Below are positions 18,713 through 26,204 of a stretch of 49,828 nt of DNA, one piece after another. Position numbers and translations under genes: made by a program. Each line of letters opens with the position of its first letter. The first letter of the stretch is position 1. Location of the stretch: positions 1-49,828 of the forward strand of contig JAKATZ010000033.1 of the NCBI GenBank assembly GCA_021827925.1, read 5' to 3'. The notes beneath the pieces are model-generated. The model was not told the DNA's origin, did no database searches, and saw nothing but the letters and a program-made list of their open reading frames with translations. The DNA comes from Candidatus Micrarchaeota archaeon. Its GTDB lineage: Archaea > Micrarchaeota > Micrarchaeia > Micrarchaeales > CABMGC01.

Positions 18713-19501
18713 CTACATGTATCCCAGCGCCCTTAACTTTTCCATTACGTACTCCTTTTCCTTGTCCTGGTCCCTTCCCGCACGCTCTTCTTCCGTTGTG
18801 TCCTCAAGCTCCTTTATTATCTCATCTATGTTTCCCGCGCTTGACCTTACTGGCGATGTGCAATGCACGCAGCCAAGGCTCCTGTATCTGTTTCCATTCC
18901 TTGAAAGGTACAGCGGATTTATCGGTATCCTCTCCTCCTTCGTATATCTCCAGATGTCGGTCTCCCTCCAGTCAAGGAGAGGGTGCACCCTGATATGCCC
19001 TTCGCCATCAGGGTTGGAAGAATAATTGTCCCACATCTCTGCCTGCTGATTCTTGTAATTCCAATTAAAATCCTTGTCCCTCGGGCTGGTGTACCTTTCC
19101 TTTGCTCTTATCCCGTGTTCATCCCTCCTTATCGAGACTATGAGCGCATCGAATCCATACTCCTTCATAACCTCCTTGAGTGCTTCTGTCTTGTTGCTTC
19201 CGCAGCAGCTGTATCCGGATATCTCTGGTTTTATCTTGCTCTTTGCCACGATCAGATCAAGCTCCCAGCTCTCAGCGAGCTCCTCCCTGAATGCGTACGT
19301 TTCAGGGAAATCTATCCCATTATCTATGTGTATAACTGGGAATGGGACTTTTTTCATGAACGCCTTCCGTGCGAGCGCGAGCATGGCCGTTGAATCCTTT
19401 CCCATGCTCCAAAGCGCTGCCACTTTCCTTGCATTCATCTTCGCTTCACGCATTATGTATACGCTGCCCTCAACAAGCGCCTTAAGCTCCTCGTTTGCCA
19501 T
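18713..19501 (-). CDS. cysD: Sulfate adenylyltransferase subunit 2
   Basis: WSMGKDS PP-loop, KTEALK, RRDE...RAKER, RVHPL, YRSLGC, ERAGRDQD. Confidence 0.9.
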   Translation of the reverse strand: MANEELKALVEGSVYIMREAKMNARKVAALWSMGKDSTAMLALARKAFMKKVPFPVIHIDNGIDFPETYAFREELAESWELDLIVAKSKIKPEISGYSCCGSNKTEALKEVMKEYGFDALIVSIRRDEHGIRAKERYTSPRDKDFNWNYKNQQAEMWDNYSSNPDGEGHIRVHPLLDWRETDIWRYTKEERIPINPLYLSRNGNRYRSLGCVHCTSPVRSSAGNIDEIIKELEDTTEEERAGRDQDKEKEYVMEKLRALGYM

Positions 19502-19509
19502 ACTATCAA

Positions 19510-19794
19510 CTATTTGTTTATATTCAGAAGCCCTCTCAGGTATTCTGTAGCCCCAGAAATTCCCTCACCTTCCTCAATGAATATGGGCACCTTTCCCAAT
19601 GGGGATTCCTTTTCATCGTACAATTCGGCATAAGAACTCTTAAGGTCCTGCTGCCTTGCTATCTTTCCTTCCCCAAAGATTATCCTGTAATATCTTGCGC
19701 TGCTGGATCTCAGCTCCATCCTGAATCTTTCCCAGTTATGCCTGCTCGGCGAAACGGAAAGTTCCCTGACAATGCCTTCGAATTTCTCCTTCAT
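19510..19794 (-). CDS. Hypothetical protein (94 aa) in the sulfur/glycan operon
   Basis: ATG-initiated ORF tightly packed (4 and 8 nt gaps) between co-oriented genes. Confidence 0.7.
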   Translation of the reverse strand: MKEKFEGIVRELSVSPSRHNWERFRMELRSSSARYYRIIFGEGKIARQQDLKSSYAELYDEKESPLGKVPIFIEEGEGISGATEYLRGLLNINK

Positions 19795-19798
19795 CGCA

Positions 19799-20017
19799 TC
19801 AGCCAGTATATCCCAGTGCCTTCAGCTTGTCTATAACCGCACCCCTATCCTTGCGTCTTCCAAGCTCCATGTCAGCAACAGTCTCACGCAATATGTATGT
19901 TGCGTAGTCAGACACCGAAGAGAACCCCGTCTTCTTTATCTTTTCCTGCATCCTTTCGAACAAAGGCGTCGGTATGGTTATTGTTGTGTGTTTCCTTCTC
20001 AAGCCTCCTCTTTTCAT
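19799..20017 (-). CDS. Ribbon-helix-helix (CopG-like) transcriptional regulator
   Basis: TTITIP beta-ribbon, helix, GFSSVSDY turn, helix; C-terminal KLKALGY. Confidence 0.85.
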   Translation of the reverse strand: MKRGGLRRKHTTITIPTPLFERMQEKIKKTGFSSVSDYATYILRETVADMELGRRKDRGAVIDKLKALGYTG

Positions 20018-20031
20018 TCTATCACATGTTG

Positions 20032-20064
20032 TTTAATGTCACAGCATTAAAGTATATAATACTT
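20032..20064 (-). promoter_or_regulatory. Operon promoter with two inverted repeats (candidate RHH operator)
   Basis: Minus-strand TTATATA at 20053-20059; TTTAATG-N6-CATTAAA at 20032-20051; AAGTAT-N3-ATACTT at 20050-20064. Confidence 0.55.
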
Positions 20065-20281
20065 GGCATTGGGCCCGGCAGTAACTTCCATCCGCAAGCA
20101 ATAGCTGCCTGACAGGCTTCAGAATAAGCCAGCAATTCATGTTTATGCTTTGTCATTCTGCCCTGCCGATTACATGATTCTCTTGTAGCATAGTGTGATG
20201 AAACCTTTTTGCATTAGCCAACACAACCAGCAAAACCAACAAGGCTAAAAGAGCATACGCATAACTATACCCGGTCATTCG

Positions 20282-20599
20282 ATGGTTGCTTTGAAGCATG
20301 TAGGAACTGCCATAAGCCTTCTGGGCGGCGTTGTGGTTCTAGGTCTTGGTCTGCTATTATCCATAAGCTTCGGGGCTTTGGGTGTAGGCATCGGCGGCTC
20401 CATTATTCCGCTCATAATTGCCCTGTTCGGATTTTTTATAATAGCGTCTTCGTTCATGTTCTATAAGCACTACGAGAACAGAGTTTTGGGAATCGTGGCA
20501 GTCCTCTTTGCAATAGCTGGAATATTTGTCGGCGGTCTTTTTGGCATACTCTCCTTGATCGGCAGCGTAATGGCATTCGTATACCGTGCAAAGAATTAG
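20282..20599 (+). CDS. Small Gly-rich membrane protein
   Basis: 105 aa, 3-4 TM segments; C-terminus resembles that of 23424-23930. Confidence 0.75.
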   Translation: MVALKHVGTAISLLGGVVVLGLGLLLSISFGALGVGIGGSIIPLIIALFGFFIIASSFMFYKHYENRVLGIVAVLFAIAGIFVGGLFGILSLIGSVMAFVYRAKN

Positions 20600-20668
20600 T
20601 ACCTTCGGTTTTATGCCAGGCCATTACCTGGCATATCTTCCGATATTCTGCTCGCCAAGTATGCAAAA

Positions 20669-20759
20669 TCAACCACCCCACAGCAAGCTGCGGGGTATGC
20701 TGTATCGCAAGACTGTTGCATCTTCGATATTAGTGTTCCCACCCCAGGGGTTGGGGTAT
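20669..20759 (-). mobile_element. Possible IS200/IS605-derived non-autonomous relic (end hairpins only)
   Basis: Minus strand ATACCCCGCAGCTTGCTGTGGGGTGGTTGA, plus a second related hairpin ATACCCCAACCCCTGGGGTGG in the same orientation; no transposase ORF. Confidence 0.4.
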
Positions 20760-20834
20760 ACTCTAGGCTAATCAATATACAGATATTCAGCATCACTCCT
20801 GTCACCGCAACCGCATCCCGATGCAGTTGCAAGT

Positions 20835-21734
20835 CTAATACATATGTTCCAATCTGTCTATCCTCTCCTGAATGGGGGGATGCGTTGAGAACAGATTCAT
20901 CAGATTCGCCTTGCTAAGTGGATTTGCAAAGTACAGCGGTGCTGTCACCTCATTCACATTCTTCACCTGGGTAGACCTTGGATCCTGTGAGTACTTCTGT
21001 ATTTTCCTGAGGGCGCTGGAGAGCGCACCAGGATTCCTTATTATCCTGGCGCCATTGGCATCTGCCATGTACTCTCTTTTTCTCGATAGGGCAAGTCTTA
21101 TTAGCATTGCAAAAAGGGGCGCAAGGAGGCCTATAAGCAGTGCAACTATTATTATTCCGTCTCCCCCCTGCCTGTTTCTCCCACCAATCCCTCCGAACCA
21201 GAACATGTTTCTTATGAACGCAGCAGCAATTCCTATGGCACCTGCAAATACTACTGCTACCATCATATATCTTATATCGTTGTCGTAAATGTGAGATATC
21301 TCGTGGGCGAGTACTCCCTCGAGCTCCTGCGTGTTCATGGTATTCAGAAGGCCTGTGGTTACGCTTATTGATGCACTCTTCTTGTTCCTGCCTGTCGCAA
21401 ATGCATTAGGATTAGGGTCCTGTACTATATACACCTTCGGAATAGGTATCTGGTTTGCAACAGCCAGTCCTCCAACTACCTCATAGAGGCCTGGATACTG
21501 TTTCCTGTCTGCCTCCTTGGATCCCGACATCTTCAGTATCAGCTTGTCACCTAGGAAGAACACATACGCGGCGTAAGCTGCAACCATCGCGATGCCAACC
21601 CCAAACGCAACAGGACCTCCCCCAATGTACGATACAAAGACAAGAATTACAAAAGAGAAAAGCAAGAAGAAAGCCAGAAGTAGCAGAATTGACTTCATGT
21701 TGTTGCTGGCTATCTCGTCAAAGAAGCTTGACAT
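20835..21734 (-). CDS. htpX: HtpX-family (M48) membrane zinc metalloprotease
   Basis: PNAFATG, HEISH (HExxH), SRKREYMAD, FSTHPP. Confidence 0.95.
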   Translation of the reverse strand: MSSFFDEIASNNMKSILLLLAFFLLFSFVILVFVSYIGGGPVAFGVGIAMVAAYAAYVFFLGDKLILKMSGSKEADRKQYPGLYEVVGGLAVANQIPIPKVYIVQDPNPNAFATGRNKKSASISVTTGLLNTMNTQELEGVLAHEISHIYDNDIRYMMVAVVFAGAIGIAAAFIRNMFWFGGIGGRNRQGGDGIIIVALLIGLLAPLFAMLIRLALSRKREYMADANGARIIRNPGALSSALRKIQKYSQDPRSTQVKNVNEVTAPLYFANPLSKANLMNLFSTHPPIQERIDRLEHMY

Positions 21735-21746
21735 CAGAACACTAGC

Positions 21747-22373
21747 TCATTTGCTTTTCTTCGGAGACTGCGCATATGGCGTTTCAGCGCCGCCCTGCCG
21801 CTGCCCGGGGGAATTCACGTCTTCAAAGCTAACCTTGACTGCCTGTCTTTCCCCTTCCTGCGCCTGGAAGAAGTCTGCCTTTTTGAAGCCAAACATGCCT
21901 GCAAATACATTGCCTGGAAACTGCTGCACCGTGTTGTTGTAATCTAATACGTAATCATTGTATGATGTCCTAACAAATGAGATCTTGTCCTCTGTCGTCT
22001 CCAGCTCTGTCTGCAACATCTGGAAGTTTTGCGAAGCCTTCAGGTCTGGGTAGTTCTCTGCTACCGCGAAGATGCTCTTCAGGGCCTGGCTGAACTTATT
22101 GTTCGCCTGCGCCTTATCCTGCACCGAACCATTTATGAGCGAGCTCCTTAGCTGCGTGACTGCAGTCAGTACCGACTTCTCGTATTTCATGTAACCTTTG
22201 ACCGTTTCAACCAGATTGGGTATCAGATCGTATCTCCTCTTGAGCTGCACATCTATCTGTGCCCATGCGTCCTGCACTCTGTTCCTCTTGGCTACGAGCC
22301 CATTGAAGATTGCTATTATGGCGAGTGTTGCCACTATCACTATCCCGATTGCTATGAACAAAAGAAGTGGCAT
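21747..22373 (-). CDS. lemA: LemA family protein
   Basis: N-terminal TM, QIDVQLKRRYDLIPNLVETVKGY, ENYPDLKASQNF, FPGN. Start at ATG 22373. Confidence 0.95.
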   Translation of the reverse strand: MPLLLFIAIGIVIVATLAIIAIFNGLVAKRNRVQDAWAQIDVQLKRRYDLIPNLVETVKGYMKYEKSVLTAVTQLRSSLINGSVQDKAQANNKFSQALKSIFAVAENYPDLKASQNFQMLQTELETTEDKISFVRTSYNDYVLDYNNTVQQFPGNVFAGMFGFKKADFFQAQEGERQAVKVSFEDVNSPGQRQGGAETPYAQSPKKSK

Positions 22374-22484
22374 CACATCAATCGGATAGGCACTTTCAGG
22401 CTTAAAAGCCTTTCTGTAAATCGGGCAGCGCAGTACGAAAGGCTTATTATCTCTCGCAGAACATAGGTCTGTATTGGTGTATTT

Positions 22485-23321
22485 GTGGAAGGTGTTAGGG
22501 AACATGTTGAGAACGGTCATTTCCTCGGTTTGCACAGGGTCGCCAGATTAATGCTTCCATTGGCGGGAAGCGCGTCAGACCAGCACGCCTATGTTTTATC
22601 TGACAACAGGCCCTGGGGCTTCTTGGGCGGCCGCCCGCAGCAGATAAGGGTCTTCGGAAGCGACGGCATGCTGCAATTCACTACAAACACCTTTGCTGCG
22701 GAGCGAGGAGGAGATGGGCAAAGAGAACTTTTCCATTGTTTCAACCAGGACGCTATGCATTTGGACGAAGAAAAGCTCGGCATCCTTGCATTAAGGATTG
22801 ACGATATGCGTACGGCGCTTGAAGCCCTTCTTAGAGGCCCTTCTGTACTGCAGGAGCAGACCGATGTGGGGGAGTGGGTAATAAGGGTGCCTACAGCGCC
22901 CCGTGTTGGTGGCAGCACCTATGGTCTAAGCCTAAGGGAATACCATCGCTATCCGATACACACCGTTGGCACTGATGATTCAAACGTCGAGATGCGCTAC
23001 ATATACGTATCCTCACAAGGTTTTACCGTCAATAGGGAAGGAATGGAAATCAAGGCAAAAGGCAGGATCGCAGTCTTTCCATACGTTTCGGTTCCAGACA
23101 AGAATACTCCCCGGTTCCCCGACTTTGAAAGAGGCCAGATCTTCAGATTCCGCACCAACAGTGGCATAGGCTCCCACAATGTTGTTTCAGTCCTATCTTC
23201 TGTGGCAACAGGTGCACTTCCTAATCTAGCCGCATTCGCAGGTTTACTGCGCAACACCGAAAGAGTGATGCGCGAAACTGGAATTGTCCGGCACAGCGGC
23301 GCACCTAAGCTTAAAGCATAG
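22485..23321 (+). CDS. Hypothetical protein
   Basis: 278-aa ORF filling the gap, divergent from lemA; no recognised motif; start uncertain. Confidence 0.65.
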   Translation: MEGVREHVENGHFLGLHRVARLMLPLAGSASDQHAYVLSDNRPWGFLGGRPQQIRVFGSDGMLQFTTNTFAAERGGDGQRELFHCFNQDAMHLDEEKLGILALRIDDMRTALEALLRGPSVLQEQTDVGEWVIRVPTAPRVGGSTYGLSLREYHRYPIHTVGTDDSNVEMRYIYVSSQGFTVNREGMEIKAKGRIAVFPYVSVPDKNTPRFPDFERGQIFRFRTNSGIGSHNVVSVLSSVATGALPNLAAFAGLLRNTERVMRETGIVRHSGAPKLKA

Positions 23322-23387
23322 CCCGTTAGCCGAGCATTATCCCTTCCAAAATACCCGGCCTTCCTCATATCTCCACTGTGCTACATG

Positions 23388-23400
23388 ATATAAACCTTAG
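23388..23400 (+). promoter_or_regulatory. TATA box, identical 13-mer to the 23S rRNA promoter
   Basis: ATATAAACCTTAG here and at 27950-27962; about 30 bp before ATG 23424. Confidence 0.55.
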
Positions 23401-23423
23401 GCTTCATATTTTATTGTGGTACG

Positions 23424-23930
23424 ATGAAGAATGAACCAAAGCTGTTTTTCGCACTGTTGCTGGCCGGAGGAATATTGATCCTTATCGGGGGCCTTTTCGA
23501 GTTGTTCGTGGCCGCTTACGCTCCACATCTTGTTGGCATGCTTATCTCAAATAGCACACTGCGCAGGAGCGTAAGACTCCCGGTAGATATAGCAAACAAC
23601 AGCACCGCTGCAGCACAACTGATTTCACAGATTCAGGCATCGGCATCTATTGAAGGCGTTATAGGTCTTATATGCGGAATAGGTCTGTCTGCTCTATCCT
23701 TCTACATACGCGGCTCCGCGTCAGAGAAGCGCAAGAAACTATCGGCAGTTGCTGTCGCCTTGGGGATTGCCAGCTTTCTCGGAGGGTCAGGATTTTTCCT
23801 CGGTTTAATACTGAGCATAATAGGGGGGATTTTGGCATTTGTATATGCTGAAGAAGCGCCGCAGGCACCCGCTCCTGCTGTGTCTGAGACACAGCAGCAC
23901 GCAAAGCGCAGGCGCAGGAAAAGCAGATAG
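23424..23930 (+). CDS. Hypothetical membrane protein
   Basis: 4 TM segments, N-x-S/T sequons in the external loop, basic C-terminal tail. Confidence 0.75.
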   Translation: MKNEPKLFFALLLAGGILILIGGLFELFVAAYAPHLVGMLISNSTLRRSVRLPVDIANNSTAAAQLISQIQASASIEGVIGLICGIGLSALSFYIRGSASEKRKKLSAVAVALGIASFLGGSGFFLGLILSIIGGILAFVYAEEAPQAPAPAVSETQQHAKRRRRKSR

Positions 23931-23953
23931 CGATTATCCTATAAGGTAAGCCG

Positions 23954-25363
23954 ATGATAAAAGATCTGCATGACTACATTCGCCACCTTTCAGAAAAGGG
24001 CATGCTGCTCCGGGTAGACGCTGAGGTAGACCCCGAGCTCGAGATAACTGCATTCACTGAGAGGGCATCCCGTACCGGCTCGGACGAAAGCAAGACGCTA
24101 CTCTTCAACAAAGTCAAAGGCTATGATATGCCCGTGGTGACAAACCTCTTCGCTTCTTACTCTATGCTCTCAACTCTCTTCGGCGAGACACAGATAGGGG
24201 AGATAATCTCCTCAGCATTCTCGAAGGCAAGTGGGATATCCCTGATTAAGAGCGCAAAGGCCCTTATGAACCTGAAGCCTAAAACTGTTCCTTTCAAAAA
24301 GAGCAGATATGAGGAGCTAGATGGTCTCTCATGTCTCCCTGTGCCGAAAGTCTGGCCTAATGACGCAGGAAGATTTCTGACGCTTCCCGTGGTATCCACT
24401 CAAAGCCCTGTCGACAGTTCCGCCAATGCTGGTATATACCGCATGCAGGTCTTCGACAGCTTTACTACCGGCATGCACTGGCAGGCGCAGAAAGGCGGTT
24501 CCATTCACGCTTCAGAAGCAGCAGCCGCGAAAAAGAGGCTCAACGTGTCAGTTGCGATAGGCGCTGATCCTTACAGTATAATCTCTGCAGTCGCTCCTCT
24601 TCCCCAAGGCATAAGCGAGTTCGCCTTCTCGGGCATCGCGCGCGGGTCAAGAAGCATTTTGCTATCAAAAGATGGCTATCCTCCTGTACCTGAAAGCTCA
24701 GAGATAATACTGTACGGTTACGTGGATCCATCGGAGTCAAGGATCGAGGGTCCGTTCGGAGACCACACAGGCTATTATTCTATACCAGAACCGGCGAACG
24801 TATTCAACATAGAAGAAGTATATGCAAGAAAGGATCCCGTGTATGCATCAAGCGTGGTGGGTCATCCCTGGAATGAAGACGCCGCGATAAGCCGCTTCCT
24901 CCTTGAGTACATGAAGCCGGCAATACTCGCCGTAAACGACAGCATCACCGATATATATCTGCCTCCGGAGGGGGTTTTTACAAATCTCTGCTTTATATCC
25001 GTGAAGAAGAGATTTCCAGGTGAGGCGAAGAGGGCCATGTTTTCTGTGCTTGGGCTGGGTCAGCTATCATTCACAAAGATGATAGCTGCATTCGACCCTG
25101 ATATAGATATAAGGGACCTTCGCAGCGTTGCATGGGCTCTTTCAACCCGTGTAGATCCCGAGCGCGACATGCAGATAATAGGCGGGGTGCCTACCGATAC
25201 GCTTGACCACACCTCCAATCTTTCTGCGTACGGTTCAAAAGTGATGATCGATGCCACAAAGAAAACGCGGGGGGAGGGTTATTCGAGGGAATGGCCTGAT
25301 ACGATCTCCCTGCCTGCGAGTATACTTGAGGCGGTTGAAAGGAAATGGAAAAAGATGGAATAG
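23954..25363 (+). CDS. UbiD-family prFMN-dependent decarboxylase (menaquinone-biosynthesis MqnL-like)
   Basis: VDPELEI, WPNDAGRFLT, GIYRMQ, MHWQ, EGPFGDHTGYY, DTLDH...GSKVMIDAT. Confidence 0.92.
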   Translation: MIKDLHDYIRHLSEKGMLLRVDAEVDPELEITAFTERASRTGSDESKTLLFNKVKGYDMPVVTNLFASYSMLSTLFGETQIGEIISSAFSKASGISLIKSAKALMNLKPKTVPFKKSRYEELDGLSCLPVPKVWPNDAGRFLTLPVVSTQSPVDSSANAGIYRMQVFDSFTTGMHWQAQKGGSIHASEAAAAKKRLNVSVAIGADPYSIISAVAPLPQGISEFAFSGIARGSRSILLSKDGYPPVPESSEIILYGYVDPSESRIEGPFGDHTGYYSIPEPANVFNIEEVYARKDPVYASSVVGHPWNEDAAISRFLLEYMKPAILAVNDSITDIYLPPEGVFTNLCFISVKKRFPGEAKRAMFSVLGLGQLSFTKMIAAFDPDIDIRDLRSVAWALSTRVDPERDMQIIGGVPTDTLDHTSNLSAYGSKVMIDATKKTRGEGYSREWPDTISLPASILEAVERKWKKME

Positions 25364-26193
25364 CGAGGGTCGTCGGTGAGCTTTTCGGTTTCGAGTTCAC
25401 AGTGTACAACCTCTCTTTCGTTTACGTTGGCATGCTTCTGTCTGGAAGTTCTTGGGAAGGGAAAATACTCCTCATCACTGTTGCCTTCTTCTCTGCAAGA
25501 TCTTCTGCGTTCCTGATGAACAGGTATGCCGGAAGGGATCTGGATATCAAGAATCTCAAGAAAGCAAGGATGCCAAGCCTTGGGATACCAAAGGGGATGA
25601 TACTCCTCATGTTCCTTTGCTTCGCATCAATATTCCTGGCGAGCGCATATCTGCTTAACATGCTTGCTTTCGCAATGGCGCCTGTTGTCCTGCTGCTCTT
25701 CATCGTTGATCCTTTCCTCAAGAGAAAGACGAGCCACAGGCACTTCTCGATAGGAATACTTGAGAGCTTTGATGTTGCAGGCGGATACATAGGCGCTGCA
25801 GGCATCTTCCCAACATCCCTTCCTCTGTACATCCTAATGGCGAGCATAATATTCATAGGCGCGGGATTTGACATAATGTATTCAGTGGTACATGTAGATT
25901 TCGACAAGGCGAACGGCCTACGAACTTATCCCGCAAAATACGGTCCAATCAGCGCCCTGCGCCTTTCTTCATACGTCCATGCCGCAGCAGGGATAGCAAT
26001 GCTGGCTTTTGCATTATGCCTTCATTCCTACGTTATAACTGCCGCTGCCCTTGTTGGAGTCTGCATACTCGTGATGGAGCATATAAATATTGATCACAGA
26101 AACGATCGTGAGCTTCTTAAGCGTGCAATGCTATACAACACTGTAATAGCAGTGCTGCTTGCCTTGGCAGTGTTCATAAACACATTCGCATGA
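25345..26193 (+). CDS. UbiA-family prenyltransferase (MqnP-like), Asp-rich motifs degenerate
   Basis: ARSSA..MNR, KR..HF, GFDIMYS...FDK..GL.TYPAKYG, multi-TM; overlaps the ubiD 3' end. Confidence 0.85.
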   Translation: MEKDGIARVVGELFGFEFTVYNLSFVYVGMLLSGSSWEGKILLITVAFFSARSSAFLMNRYAGRDLDIKNLKKARMPSLGIPKGMILLMFLCFASIFLASAYLLNMLAFAMAPVVLLLFIVDPFLKRKTSHRHFSIGILESFDVAGGYIGAAGIFPTSLPLYILMASIIFIGAGFDIMYSVVHVDFDKANGLRTYPAKYGPISALRLSSYVHAAAGIAMLAFALCLHSYVITAAALVGVCILVMEHINIDHRNDRELLKRAMLYNTVIAVLLALAVFINTFA

Positions 26194-26204
26194 CACTCAT
26201 GATC

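Noticed and set aside
18713..19501. Canonical APS/PAPS reductase (CysH) call
   Set aside because: Lacks the C-terminal ECGLH; has CysD motifs RAKER and ERAGRDQD and a cysN partner.
20195..20201. Box C motif GTGATGA
   Set aside because: No CTGA box D within a plausible distance.
20600..20834. RNase P or SRP RNA in the structured intergenic region; ORFs 20611-20832 and 20586-20771
   Set aside because: No GAGGAAAGUCC / P4 or SRP helix-8 motif on either strand; the ORFs look non-protein-like.
21747..22535. Long N-terminal extensions in the ORF track (lemA, also nth, psmB, ftsZ, DUF106, aminotransferase, DUF424)
   Set aside because: The extensions overlap neighbours or promoters; family homology begins at the downstream ATG.
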